Shown here: piece by piece, positions 33,398-42,532 of the stretch
Position numbering within the stretch: position 1 is the stretch's first letter
How the letters are laid out: each line of letters starts with the position of its first letter
Source of the DNA: Opitutus sp. GAS368
Lineage (GTDB): Bacteria; Verrucomicrobiota; Verrucomicrobiia; Opitutales; Opitutaceae
Direction of reading: 5' to 3'
Assembly (NCBI GenBank): GCA_945859965.1
Contig: CAMAPG010000001.1
Location: forward strand, 1-62,255
DNA length: 62,255 bases
Notes under the pieces: model-generated
Seen by the model: the letters and a program-made list of their open reading frames with translations, nothing else
Told to the model about the DNA's origin: nothing
Database searches by the model: none
Program-made: the position numbers and the translations under genes

Positions 33398-36343
33398 ATG
33401 AAAGCACACATCCTGTTCGCAAGTCTCATCTCTTTGCCGGGCGTCGCCGCAGATCTGCCGAAGGAGCAGGCGGAGTTTTACCTCAATACAATCCTGCCGA
33501 TTTTTTCGGAGAATTGCTACCGCTGCCACAGCGCGGAGGGCGGCAAGGACAAGGGAGGGCTGACGCTCGATACCAGGGAGGCGATGCTCAAGGGCGGCGA
33601 CACGGGGCCCGCGGTATCGCCGGGTGATCCGGGAAAATCGCTCATCCTCAAGGCAGTGTCTTACAAGGATCCCGATTTGCAGATGCCGCCCAAGGGCGAA
33701 AAACTCACGGCAAAGCAAATCACGGATCTCACCGAGTGGGTGAAAATGGGTGCGCCTGTCTCGTCCGATGCGAAGGCCGTGAAGTCCAAGCTCAGCGGCC
33801 TCACCGACAAGGCGCGCGCGCACTGGGCGTTTCAGCCGGTGAAGAAGCCAGCGGTGCCAATCAACAAAAACCAGCAATGGTGCAGGACGCGGGTGGACTG
33901 CTTCATTCTGCAGAAGCTCGAGCAGCAGGGGATGTTTCCATCCCCCGACGCCGAGCGGGCGACGCTGCTGCGGCGCGCGTATTACGATCTGATCGGAATT
34001 CCGCCGACGCCGGCGGAGATCCAGGCGTTTCTCGCGGACAAGGCGCCGAATGCGTGGCAGAAAATGGTCGAGCGGCTGCTCGCCTCCCCACACTACGGCG
34101 AGCGATGGGGGCGGCACTGGCTGGACACTGCGCGCTACAGCGACACGGTCGGCTCGAATGCAAACGGGGTTGACTACCGTTTTCCGCATGCATGGACGTA
34201 TCGCGACTGGGTGATCAAGGCGATGAATGACGACATGCCGTACGACCAGTTCATCATGCATCAACTCGCCGCGGACTACCTGCCGAAGGAAATGCAGGGG
34301 AGGAATAGCGAAAACCTCGCGGCGCTTGGATTCATCACGGTTGGCGAGCGATTTGGAAATGGGAACGACACGATCAACGAGCGGATTGACACGACGACCA
34401 AGGCATTTCAGGCGATGACCGTGTCGTGTGCGCGGTGTCACGACCACATGTTCGATCCCATCTCCCAGAAGGATTACTACGCGCTGCACGGGGTGTTCTC
34501 GAGCATCACGGAACCCGCGGTGAAACCGCAGGTGGGCCTGCTTCCGCCGCAGAAGGAATTGACCGAGTTCTACAAACTCGAAGCGGAGGCCATGAAGGAG
34601 GTCCGCGACGGATATTTCAACACGGTGGGAAAGATCAACGAGGGCTTCCGGCTGAAGGCGCCGCTTTATCTGGAGGCCCTGGCGCAATCGCGCGTGACGC
34701 CGCCGCCGGTCGCGGGTGCCCCGGCCGGGACGCAGCGGCAGCCGTCGCCTTACGCTGCTTTCCTCCGCGCAAACAGTCTCGAGGACGACACTGCTCGCGA
34801 GGTCGAGCGGCGTGCCAATCGCCGGGATGACCCGATCCTCGGCCCTTACGCAAGGTTCGTCGAGGTGCAGGGTGATTGGGAGAAAAAGGCGCCTGGAATC
34901 CTCGCGGATATTCAAGCGGGCTCGATGGGGAGTGGCAAAAAACGGATCAACCCGATCGTGGTTGCTGTGTTCAAGGACGCGAAGCCCACAAACATCCGCG
35001 ATGTGCGCAAGCTCTACGACAAAGTCTTTGCGGCGGCAGCGGCAAAATCGGCGTTTTGGCTGGGCGAAATGAAATCCAGCAGCAGCGGCAACATTGCCGG
35101 TGTGGATGAGGCAACGGCCGAGCTTCTGCAGGTGCCGCTGTCGGTCAGGCCGGGGGGCGGGATGGCGATGGCGGATTACCGCGCGGCAGTGGATCGCCTG
35201 CCGAACCGCAGCCGGGGCAATCTGCAGGGTGCGCTCGTCCGCTACAACGAACTCCAGCTCACGCACCCGGGCGCACCGGCCCATGCGATGATCGTGAAGG
35301 ATCAGGAAAAGCCAAAGGACTCGCCCGTCTTCATCCGCGGCCAGGCAAACAACCGTGGCGATGTCGTCCCCCGCCGCTTCCTCGAAATCCTCTCGCCGAA
35401 CCGCCATCCGGAGCCGTTCACCGTGGGCAGCGGGCGGTTCGAACTGGCGAAGGCGATCGCGGACAAGAAAAACCCGCTCACGGCCCGGGTGCTGGTGAAC
35501 CGGGTGTGGATGCACCATTTTGGCGAGGGCTTCGTCCCCACCCCCGAGGATCTCGGCACCATGAGCGAGAAGCCGACGCACCCCGAACTGCTCGATTACC
35601 TCGCTGATTACGTGATGGAGAACGGATGGAGCATCAAGAGCCTCCACCGGCTCATCATGAATTCCCGCGTCTATCAGGAAAGCAGCCACGCCATCCCCGA
35701 GTACGTGGAGAAGGATCCCCACAACAAGACACTCTGGCGCGCGAACATCCGGCGGCTCGATTTCGAGGCGGTGCGCGACACGTTGCTGGCATTCAGCGGG
35801 AATCTCGACAGGCAGCTCGGCGGCAAGCCGATCAATCTGACGCAGGAGCCTTATAGTTTCCGCCGCTCCGTGTATGGATATGTGGATCGCGGGAATCTGC
35901 CGGAGCTGATGGCGCACTTCGATTTTGCGAAGCCGGAGATGAGCAATTCAAAACGGACCAACACGCTCGTCCCACAGCAGGCGCTCTTCCTCATGAACAG
36001 CCCGATGGCCGTGGACATCGTGCGCCGGATGCTGGCGCGCCCGGAATTTGAAAGATCGAGGACCGACCTCGAAAGGATCCGCCTCCTGTACGAGATCATC
36101 TTCCAGCGCTATCCGACCAAGCAGGAGTTTGCGCTCGCGCTGGAGTTCGTGAAAAGCGAGGCGGCCGATGTCGAGGCGAACACCTTCAGCTACGACCGCA
36201 AGGTCCGCGAGGGCGGGGATCGCAACAACGGCCGGGCCGCGATCAAGAATGACGGGCTTCGCGTTGCCCGCCGTCCGCTGAATGCTTGGGAGACGTTCGC
36301 CCAAGTGCTGCTCTTCTCGAACGAGTCCGCTTACGTGAACTGA
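33398..36343 (+). CDS. PSD1-type protein: Planctomycete cytochrome c (PSCyt) + DUF1549 + DUF1553 domains
   Basis: 981 aa from MKAHILFASLISLPGVAA (signal peptide). ENCYRCH heme motif with LILKAVSYKDPDLQMPP is the PSCyt domain. WAFQPVKKP...RLLASPHYGERWGRHWLD matches DUF1549. CARCHDHMFDPISQKDYY and PTHPELLDYLA match DUF1553. Confidence 0.9.
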   Translation: MKAHILFASLISLPGVAADLPKEQAEFYLNTILPIFSENCYRCHSAEGGKDKGGLTLDTREAMLKGGDTGPAVSPGDPGKSLILKAVSYKDPDLQMPPKGEKLTAKQITDLTEWVKMGAPVSSDAKAVKSKLSGLTDKARAHWAFQPVKKPAVPINKNQQWCRTRVDCFILQKLEQQGMFPSPDAERATLLRRAYYDLIGIPPTPAEIQAFLADKAPNAWQKMVERLLASPHYGERWGRHWLDTARYSDTVGSNANGVDYRFPHAWTYRDWVIKAMNDDMPYDQFIMHQLAADYLPKEMQGRNSENLAALGFITVGERFGNGNDTINERIDTTTKAFQAMTVSCARCHDHMFDPISQKDYYALHGVFSSITEPAVKPQVGLLPPQKELTEFYKLEAEAMKEVRDGYFNTVGKINEGFRLKAPLYLEALAQSRVTPPPVAGAPAGTQRQPSPYAAFLRANSLEDDTAREVERRANRRDDPILGPYARFVEVQGDWEKKAPGILADIQAGSMGSGKKRINPIVVAVFKDAKPTNIRDVRKLYDKVFAAAAAKSAFWLGEMKSSSSGNIAGVDEATAELLQVPLSVRPGGGMAMADYRAAVDRLPNRSRGNLQGALVRYNELQLTHPGAPAHAMIVKDQEKPKDSPVFIRGQANNRGDVVPRRFLEILSPNRHPEPFTVGSGRFELAKAIADKKNPLTARVLVNRVWMHHFGEGFVPTPEDLGTMSEKPTHPELLDYLADYVMENGWSIKSLHRLIMNSRVYQESSHAIPEYVEKDPHNKTLWRANIRRLDFEAVRDTLLAFSGNLDRQLGGKPINLTQEPYSFRRSVYGYVDRGNLPELMAHFDFAKPEMSNSKRTNTLVPQQALFLMNSPMAVDIVRRMLARPEFERSRTDLERIRLLYEIIFQRYPTKQEFALALEFVKSEAADVEANTFSYDRKVREGGDRNNGRAAIKNDGLRVARRPLNAWETFAQVLLFSNESAYVN

Positions 36344-36350
36344 CCGGGCG

Positions 36351-36986
36351 CTATTCCTTGTCCGCCGTGCTGAGCGCCTTGAATGCAACCGCAGCGAGCG
36401 CGCCGCCGGCGAGGTTCGCGGCAATGTGAACCCAGATGTCCGCGAACTTCAGGATGCCCAGCATCGCGGCACCGAGGGCCACGGCGGGGTTGAATGCGCC
36501 CCCGGAGATCGAGCCGACGGAGAACGCGCAGGCGGCGACGGTGAATCCGATGGCGAGCCCGTAGTTCGAGTTGCCCGCGGTGTCCTTCGAGGTGGCGACA
36601 TTCAAGACCACCCACGCGAGCGCGAAGGTGCAGAGCAGCTCGGCGAGAAACACCGGGGCTATTTTTCCCGAGAGATCCATCGTCGCGAACACTTCGGCCT
36701 TGTGGGAGAAAAGGAGCCGCACTGCGACGGTCGCGCACGCGGCGCCGAGGAGCTGGCCGATCACGTACGGAACCGCGTCGGACGGCGTGCATTTCCCGCG
36801 AAGCGTCACGGCGAGCGTGACCGCTGGATTATAGTGGGCGCCGGAAATGTGGCCGCCTGCGTAAACCATGACCATCAGGACCGCGCCAATCGCGAGCGGT
36901 GCGACGGAGTTTCCGCCGAGGACGTTGCAGCCGATGGTGAAGACGAGGAAGAAGGTGCCGATGAATTCAGTGAGGTATTTGTTCAT
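36351..36986 (-). CDS. aquaporin / MIP-family channel
   Basis: 211 aa from MNKYLTEFIGTFFLVF. Two NPA boxes (HYNPAVTLA, AFNPAVALG) and six hydrophobic segments. Confidence 0.9.
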   Translation of the reverse strand: MNKYLTEFIGTFFLVFTIGCNVLGGNSVAPLAIGAVLMVMVYAGGHISGAHYNPAVTLAVTLRGKCTPSDAVPYVIGQLLGAACATVAVRLLFSHKAEVFATMDLSGKIAPVFLAELLCTFALAWVVLNVATSKDTAGNSNYGLAIGFTVAACAFSVGSISGGAFNPAVALGAAMLGILKFADIWVHIAANLAGGALAAVAFKALSTADKE

Positions 36987-37094
36987 GTTGGGTGTTGGTT
37001 GATGCGCATGAGAAAGCAGGCCGTCGCCCTTCGGACAACTCATCATTTTCCTGTGGGAGCGACAAAATCTTTGCTCTTTCCGGCGGCATTCGTG

Positions 37095-37586
37095 ATGAGA
37101 GGCGGCGCCTTGAGAAGTTTGATCCTCGCAATTTTACTCTCTGTCTCCGCGCATGCAGAGAACGTGCATCCCTCCATCGTTCCGCTGAGGGAGGGCTACG
37201 AGCAGGAGATTGCGGCGCTTGCCAATGCACGCGGGACGAGGATTTCAGAGCTTACCGCATCTTACGTGAAGTTGCTGGATGATGCCGCCGCGAGTGCGAC
37301 CGATGCGGTGGTTGCCGGGGCGGTGCGCAAGGAGCGCGAGGGCATCGCGACGGGGTTTCTCGCTCCGGGGCGCATTCCCGGCCTGCCACCGGAAATCGAG
37401 GCCGCGCACAGGAAGTTTTTTGGCGCGGTGTCGCAGGCCTCGGTGGATTTCGAGACGGCGAAGAAAAAGGTGGATGCCGCTTATTTGAAGGTGCTCACGG
37501 CGCTCACGGCGAAGGGCCGGCGCGATGCCGCGCTCGCGCGCGATGCGGCGGCAGAGAAGCGCCGGGTGATAAACGGTGCGCCGTGA
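37095..37586 (+). CDS. hypothetical secreted protein
   Basis: 163 aa from ATG 37095, with signal peptide MRGGALRSLILAILLSVSAHA followed by an Ala/Glu/Lys-rich helical sequence. The remainder of the long track ORF (36426-37094) is antisense to the aquaporin gene. Confidence 0.5.
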   Translation: MRGGALRSLILAILLSVSAHAENVHPSIVPLREGYEQEIAALANARGTRISELTASYVKLLDDAAASATDAVVAGAVRKEREGIATGFLAPGRIPGLPPEIEAAHRKFFGAVSQASVDFETAKKKVDAAYLKVLTALTAKGRRDAALARDAAAEKRRVINGAP

Positions 37587-37649
37587 TCGCGGAAAAGAAT
37601 CCGCCCGCATGGTCTCCCCGGGCCTGCCGGATGCTTTGCCAGAGGACGG

Positions 37650-38537
37650 ATGCCAGCGCCGCGCCTTCCAATGAGTAGTCTTGACGAAGCTCAGGTCAGT
37701 TTTTTCCGCGAACACGGATATCTGCCCATGGAAGCGATCACGTCCGCTGACGAAGTGGCTGAATTGCGGGGGATTTTCGACGGCTTGTTTGCGAGCCGGG
37801 CGGGATGGGAGCAGGGGCGCGCATTCGATCTGGCCGGGGCGGATGAGGCGGGAAAGGAGCCGGTGCTGCCGCAGATCATCAACCCCGTGGAATTCGCGCC
37901 GGCACTCGCCAGCACCCGCTTCCGCGTCAACGCGCTGGCCATCGCGAGACAGCTCATCGGGCCTGGCGCGGAGCCTTGGTTCGAGCACGCCATCAACAAA
38001 CCCGCGCGGATCGGTGCGGCGACGCCGTGGCACCAGGACGAGGCGCATCGCTACGATCCCGGCGTGGACTACGAGCAGATCAGCATTTGGATGCCGCTCC
38101 AGCCCGCGACGCTGGAGAACGGCTGCATGCAGTACATCCCCGGCAGCCATCGCGGGCCGGTGCTCGAGCATCATTCGCTCAACGACGACCCGCGCATCTC
38201 CGCGCTCGAATGCTGCGCCACGTTCGACGCCACAAAGGCCGTCGCATGCCCGCTGCCAGCCGGCGGCGCCGCCATCCACCACTGCCGCACGCTTCATTGC
38301 GCGTCCGCGAATGTGACCGGCCAGCCGCGCCGCGCCTACATCCTTGCCTTCCGCGGCGCGCCGGTCCCCGCGCCGGCGCGGGAGATGTTTCCGTGGCTTC
38401 GCGGAAAGCAGACGCCCGCGGCCCAGCGCGCCGCCTCGTGGGAAAACCGCGGCGGAGCCGTGGGCCGGGCGGGCCGTGCGGCGGCGGGCGTTGCTCGCCG
38501 CGCTGCGCGGAAGATTTCGCGCATGTTCCGGAAGTAG
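37650..38537 (+). CDS. phytanoyl-CoA dioxygenase (PhyH) family Fe(II)/2-oxoglutarate oxygenase
   Basis: 295 aa. FFREHGYL, the PWHQDEA (HxD) block, IWMPLQPATLENGCMQYIPGSH and the distal His in IHHCRTLH are PhyH-family blocks. Confidence 0.8.
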   Translation: MPAPRLPMSSLDEAQVSFFREHGYLPMEAITSADEVAELRGIFDGLFASRAGWEQGRAFDLAGADEAGKEPVLPQIINPVEFAPALASTRFRVNALAIARQLIGPGAEPWFEHAINKPARIGAATPWHQDEAHRYDPGVDYEQISIWMPLQPATLENGCMQYIPGSHRGPVLEHHSLNDDPRISALECCATFDATKAVACPLPAGGAAIHHCRTLHCASANVTGQPRRAYILAFRGAPVPAPAREMFPWLRGKQTPAAQRAASWENRGGAVGRAGRAAAGVARRAARKISRMFRK

Positions 38538-38560
38538 CGCAGCCACGGGGGTGCGCGCGG

Positions 38561-39937
38561 CTACACGTAGTATTCCAGCCAGTCGTTGCCGCGCTTCACA
38601 CCGGGATTCGGCACGGGGTAGTTGCCATCGGCGGTTTCCCTCAGCGGGGCGGGGCCGTCGAGCGTGAGCTTGTCCACGTCCGGCGCGAACGACCCCTTGC
38701 TATTGAGATAATCGTCGAACGAGATGACCTGGCCCGTGTGGGCTGACCACCGGCCCATCGCGGTGACGAGACTCGCCTTCGTGCCGCGCTCCACTTCGTT
38801 GTAAGGCTTGTCGTTGCGGATCGCATCGAGGAGGTCGTCCCATTCGAGCTGGTAGGGGTTTGCCTCCGCCTTCGGGCCCTGCCAGAGCACGCTGTCGCTC
38901 TTCTCGTTCTGGCCCTTGAAAATCTTGCTCCTCGCTGGCGAATGGCCCGCCTTCGACACGAGCGCAAGGCCCTTCGTCCCGTGCGCGTAGGTCGCGAACT
39001 CCTGCCGGCAGCCATCCATATTCCGGCCCTCGAAAAAGAACTTCGCCCCGTCGGCGAACGTGTACTCGACCGAGTAGGAGTCGAAGTTCTGGTCAATCCA
39101 GTCCTCCCGGTAATTGCGCCCGCCGTTCGCGCGAACCTCCACCGGCCAGTCGTTTTTCATCCAGCATGCCTCGTCAATGTTGTGGATGTAGAAATCGCTG
39201 AAGCACCCGCCGCTCGCCCACAGGAAACTGTGGAAGCGCTGGATCTGGTAGTGCAGTTCCTTCGTGCCCGCCGGGCGCCGCTTGCTGCGGAACGACGCCG
39301 CCGGCGGGTGCATCCGGTAGGCGCGCAGCAAGAGGATGTCCCCCGCCTCGCCCTGGCGGATGCGGTCGTAAAGCTCCTGCCGCACCCGGCAGTGGCGGCA
39401 CATGAGGCCCACGCCGACCTTCAGCCCGCGCTTGTCCGCCTCCACGCCGAGCGCGAGCATCTTGCGGGCGCTCGGGCCGTCCACGCACACGGGCTTCTCC
39501 ATGAAAACATTCACGCCCTTCTCGATCGCATGCTGGAAGTGGACCCAGCGGAACGCCGGCGGCGTGGCGAAGATCGCGATGTCCCCCTTCTTCAGCGAAT
39601 CAATCGCCTCCTTGTACGCATCGAACCCGATGAACTTCCTCGCCCCCACATCCACCTTGGCCGTGTGCCGCGCCTTCAGCCCGTTGAGGCTGCCATTGAG
39701 CCGGTCCTCGAAGACATCCGCCACCGCCGTGAGCTTCACCGGGCCGTTCTTGACGCTGAGCGCATTGTCCGCCGCGCCCGTGCCGCGCCCGCCCGCGCCG
39801 ATCAGCGCGATGCCCACGGTGTCGGTGCCCGCAGCATGCACGTGGGGAAGGGTGACGCCGGCAAGCGCGGAAACCGCGGTGACTTTGCCCGCGGTCTTGA
39901 GAAATTCGCGGCGCGTAGAAGTAATGTGAGTGTTCAT
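38561..39937 (-). CDS. Gfo/Idh/MocA-family oxidoreductase with twin-arginine signal
   Basis: 458 aa from MNTHITSTRREFLKTAGKVTAVSALAG (Tat motif). The Rossmann motif is VGIALIGAGGRG. EKPVCVD is the typical family block. The upstream extension in the track is Arg/Pro-rich junk. Confidence 0.85.
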   Translation of the reverse strand: MNTHITSTRREFLKTAGKVTAVSALAGVTLPHVHAAGTDTVGIALIGAGGRGTGAADNALSVKNGPVKLTAVADVFEDRLNGSLNGLKARHTAKVDVGARKFIGFDAYKEAIDSLKKGDIAIFATPPAFRWVHFQHAIEKGVNVFMEKPVCVDGPSARKMLALGVEADKRGLKVGVGLMCRHCRVRQELYDRIRQGEAGDILLLRAYRMHPPAASFRSKRRPAGTKELHYQIQRFHSFLWASGGCFSDFYIHNIDEACWMKNDWPVEVRANGGRNYREDWIDQNFDSYSVEYTFADGAKFFFEGRNMDGCRQEFATYAHGTKGLALVSKAGHSPARSKIFKGQNEKSDSVLWQGPKAEANPYQLEWDDLLDAIRNDKPYNEVERGTKASLVTAMGRWSAHTGQVISFDDYLNSKGSFAPDVDKLTLDGPAPLRETADGNYPVPNPGVKRGNDWLEYYV

Positions 39938-39991
39938 CGGTTCCGAGATGTGAAAGGTGATGCCGCCCTTGTCAATTTCCGAGCCGTGCCA

Positions 39992-40206
39992 CCGTGGCTG
40001 CGACGCCCCGTCGTCCCGATACATCGGGATTCCGCGGCGCCTCGCCGCGGGCCTGCTGGCGTGGCACACTCTCGCAAGCCGGCGGCTTGCGCCACTGTAG
40101 CGGCGCCTCGCCGCAGGAGTGGGGCGCGCCATTTGGTCCGCCTTCCCGCGGGGAGCCGCGGCGGGGCGCCGCGGAAACGGACGGCGACGGGGCGTCGCAG
40201 CCACGG
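39992..40206. repeat. 215-bp GC-rich palindromic intergenic element
   Basis: A perfect 22-bp inverted repeat, CCGTGGCTGCGACGCCCCGTCG (39992-40013) / CGACGGGGCGTCGCAGCCACGG (40185-40206). The inner pair is TTCCGCGGCGCC (40030-40041) / GGCGCCGCGGAA (40166-40177). Local hairpins are TCCCGAT-AC-ATCGGGA and GCAAGCCGGCGGCTTGC. Confidence 0.8.
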
Positions 40207-40285
40207 ACGCGCGGCGCCGCAGCTACGTCGTGCGCTCGCGCCGGGAGGCCTTCGCCTCCGCTGTGCCTTCGCCTCCGCTGCTGAC

Positions 40286-41284
40286 ATGGCGCGTGTGTTC
40301 ATGGCAGAAGCACGCGTGCTCGCAGCCTGGCTTCATGATCTCGATCCATTCGTTTTTCAAATCAACGGCTTTGGCCCGCGCTGGTATGGCGTCTCTTATG
40401 TGCTGTCGGCGCTGCTCGGCTACTGGCTTTTCAAGGGGCTCGCGGTGCGCGGCTACACGGATCTCAAGGTGGAGAGAGTCGCCGATTTCATCACGTGGAT
40501 TGGCCTGTTTGGCGTGCTGCTCGGCGGGCGGCTGGGGTGGCTGGTTTTCTATGGGTTCCGCGAGAAGCATGCACAGGGTGATTGGTGGTGGTGGCTGCGT
40601 GTGTGGGAGGGGGGCATGGCGAGCCACGGGGGAATCCTCGGCATTGTCGTCGTCACCTACATCCTCTCGCGGAGGTGGCGGGTGTCGTGGACGAGCATCG
40701 GCGATTCGCTGTGCGTGGTTGCGCCGCTGGGGCTGTTCATCGTGCGCTGTGCGAATTTCGTGAACGGCGAGCTGTACGGTCACGAGACGAATGCGGCATG
40801 GGCGGTGAAGTTCCCGCAGGAGATCATGGCGGTGCAGCCGGTGGCGGAAAAAGTGTACGCCGCCGTGGAGCCGCACCGGGACTTGCTCGCGAAGTATCCG
40901 AACGACCGCGAGGATTACGCGGAGCAGGTGATCACCGCCGCCCGGCACGAGCCGCGCATCGCTGCTGCGATCGAGCCGGTGCTCACTCCGCGGCATCCCT
41001 CCCAGCTTTACGAGGCGCTGCTCGAGGGCGCGCTGCTTTTCGCCATGCTCTGGATCGCGCGGACGCGGTTCCGCACGCCGCGCGGGGTGATCACGGGGCT
41101 GTTTTTCATCCTGTACGCCGTGCTCCGGATCATCGGGGAAATCTTCCGTGTGCCGGATGCCGCGTGGCATGCCGGGCCGTTCTCGGCGGGGCAGTTCCTG
41201 TCGCTTTTCATGGTCGGCATCGGCGCGGCGTTCCTCGGCTGGGGCGTCCGCGCCCGGCAATACGAGCAGGCGGACAAATCGTAA
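40286..41284 (+). CDS. lgt: prolipoprotein diacylglyceryl transferase
   Basis: 332 aa. FGPRWYGVSYVLSALLGYWL, GGRLGWLVFYG, VWEGGMASHGGILG, RCANFVNGELYG and HPSQLYEALLEG are Lgt signature blocks. There is a ~60-aa insertion between the last two blocks. Confidence 0.9.
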   Translation: MARVFMAEARVLAAWLHDLDPFVFQINGFGPRWYGVSYVLSALLGYWLFKGLAVRGYTDLKVERVADFITWIGLFGVLLGGRLGWLVFYGFREKHAQGDWWWWLRVWEGGMASHGGILGIVVVTYILSRRWRVSWTSIGDSLCVVAPLGLFIVRCANFVNGELYGHETNAAWAVKFPQEIMAVQPVAEKVYAAVEPHRDLLAKYPNDREDYAEQVITAARHEPRIAAAIEPVLTPRHPSQLYEALLEGALLFAMLWIARTRFRTPRGVITGLFFILYAVLRIIGEIFRVPDAAWHAGPFSAGQFLSLFMVGIGAAFLGWGVRARQYEQADKS

Positions 41285-41423
41285 CGATCCCGGCGATTGA
41301 CGCTCTCCCGCGGCGGTGGCAGTGCATCCGGCATGAAAGCCATCCTCTCCATCTGTCTCGCAACCGCCGCCCGGCAAGGAATGCCTCGGTGATGGCGGGG
41401 AGCAGCAGCCGGCGGGAGGCGTC

Positions 41424-42023
41424 GTGGCGATAGCGCGCGAGATTCAGTGGCTCACGCCGGCGCTCGCGTTCTGGGAGGCGTATGAGCCTTCCGTGAAATG
41501 CGACCTCACGAGCAGCGCACTCGTGACCGCGGAGGGACTCGTCCTCGTGGATCCCATCGCGCTTCCGGCCCCGGCGCTCGCGGAGCTTGCCGCCGCCGCG
41601 CCGCCCGCTGCCATCCTTCTCACGAATGGCAATCACTCCCGCACCGCCGCGGCGTTTCGCGAGAAATGGGGCATCCGCATTTGCGCGACAGCCGGTGCGG
41701 CGGCGGAACTGGATCTCGCGCCGGATGTGATCCTGGCCGACGGCGATCTCACCGTGGGCGGGTTGCGCGTCGTGGCGCTGCCGGCGGCGGGGCCGGGGGA
41801 GGCTGCATTCATCGGTGCCGGCGTGGCATTCATCGGCGACGCGCTCATTCACCTCGGTTCCCACGGCTTCGCGCTCCTGCCGGAAAAATACCGGGCGAAC
41901 GCCGCGGCTCTGCCGAACGAACTCAGAAAACTGTTGTCATACGACTTCCACATCCTGACGTTCGCGCACGGCACGCCGCTCACGCTGCACGCGCGCCAGC
42001 GTCTCGAAAACCTACTCGCATGA
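41424..42023 (+). CDS. MBL-fold protein with degenerate metal-binding motif
   Basis: 199 aa with a GTG start. It has the MBL-fold pattern (GLVLVDP ... ILLTNGNHSR ... DGDL..GGLRVVALP ... FIGDAL ... FAHG). The canonical THxHxDH is replaced by TNGNHSR (41622-41642). Confidence 0.6.
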   Translation: MAIAREIQWLTPALAFWEAYEPSVKCDLTSSALVTAEGLVLVDPIALPAPALAELAAAAPPAAILLTNGNHSRTAAAFREKWGIRICATAGAAAELDLAPDVILADGDLTVGGLRVVALPAAGPGEAAFIGAGVAFIGDALIHLGSHGFALLPEKYRANAAALPNELRKLLSYDFHILTFAHGTPLTLHARQRLENLLA

Positions 42024-42532
42024 AAACCGCCATCATCCTCATCGCCGCGATCTGCCTGGCGTCATCCGCCCAAGGGCAGGCCACCAAGGGCGGCAAGCCC
42101 GCCGCCCCCGCGGTGCCCGCCGCACCCGCCGCGCCCGACCCGGCTCCCGTGGTCGAGGCGGAGACGCCGGAGAAGATCATCGCGCGGTTTTTCTCATTCG
42201 TGCAGCGCAAGGAAGTGGACGCCGCATACGATCAGCTCACCAAGGGCACGAAGATCGCCGAGCGCGCCGAGGACGTGAAGACGCTGAAATCCAAGACGAA
42301 GGAGGCGATCTCCGTCTTCGGCCCGGTGATCGGCTACGACTTTGTCGGGAAAAAGCACGTCGGCGAAAGGCTCGTCAGCTACACATGCGTCTCGCTCGGC
42401 AAGGAGTTCCCGTTGCGCTGGCGCTTCTATTTCTACAAGCCCGCCGACACGTGGAAGCTCATTGACCTCCGCGTGGATGACCGCCTCGCCGCGATGTTCG
42501 ACGAACCCGAGGAACCGCGTGCCGGGCAGTGA
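42020..42532 (+). CDS. hypothetical secreted protein
   Basis: 170 aa. The ATG overlaps the upstream stop (ATGA). It has signal peptide MKTAIILIAAICLASSAQG, a Pro/Ala linker, then a ~110-aa globular part. No family recognised. Confidence 0.6.
   Translation: MKTAIILIAAICLASSAQGQATKGGKPAAPAVPAAPAAPDPAPVVEAETPEKIIARFFSFVQRKEVDAAYDQLTKGTKIAERAEDVKTLKSKTKEAISVFGPVIGYDFVGKKHVGERLVSYTCVSLGKEFPLRWRFYFYKPADTWKLIDLRVDDRLAAMFDEPEEPRAGQ

Noticed and set aside
33227-35917. 896-aa minus-strand ORF
   Set aside because: It is antisense to the PSCyt/DUF1549/DUF1553 gene, whose motifs are unambiguous. The translation is Arg/Leu/His/Pro-rich and not protein-like.
38942-40285. Upstream 450 codons of the 780-aa ORF that ends as lgt
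   Set aside because: This part is antisense to the Gfo/Idh/MocA gene and then crosses the palindromic intergenic element. Lgt similarity begins only at ATG 40286.
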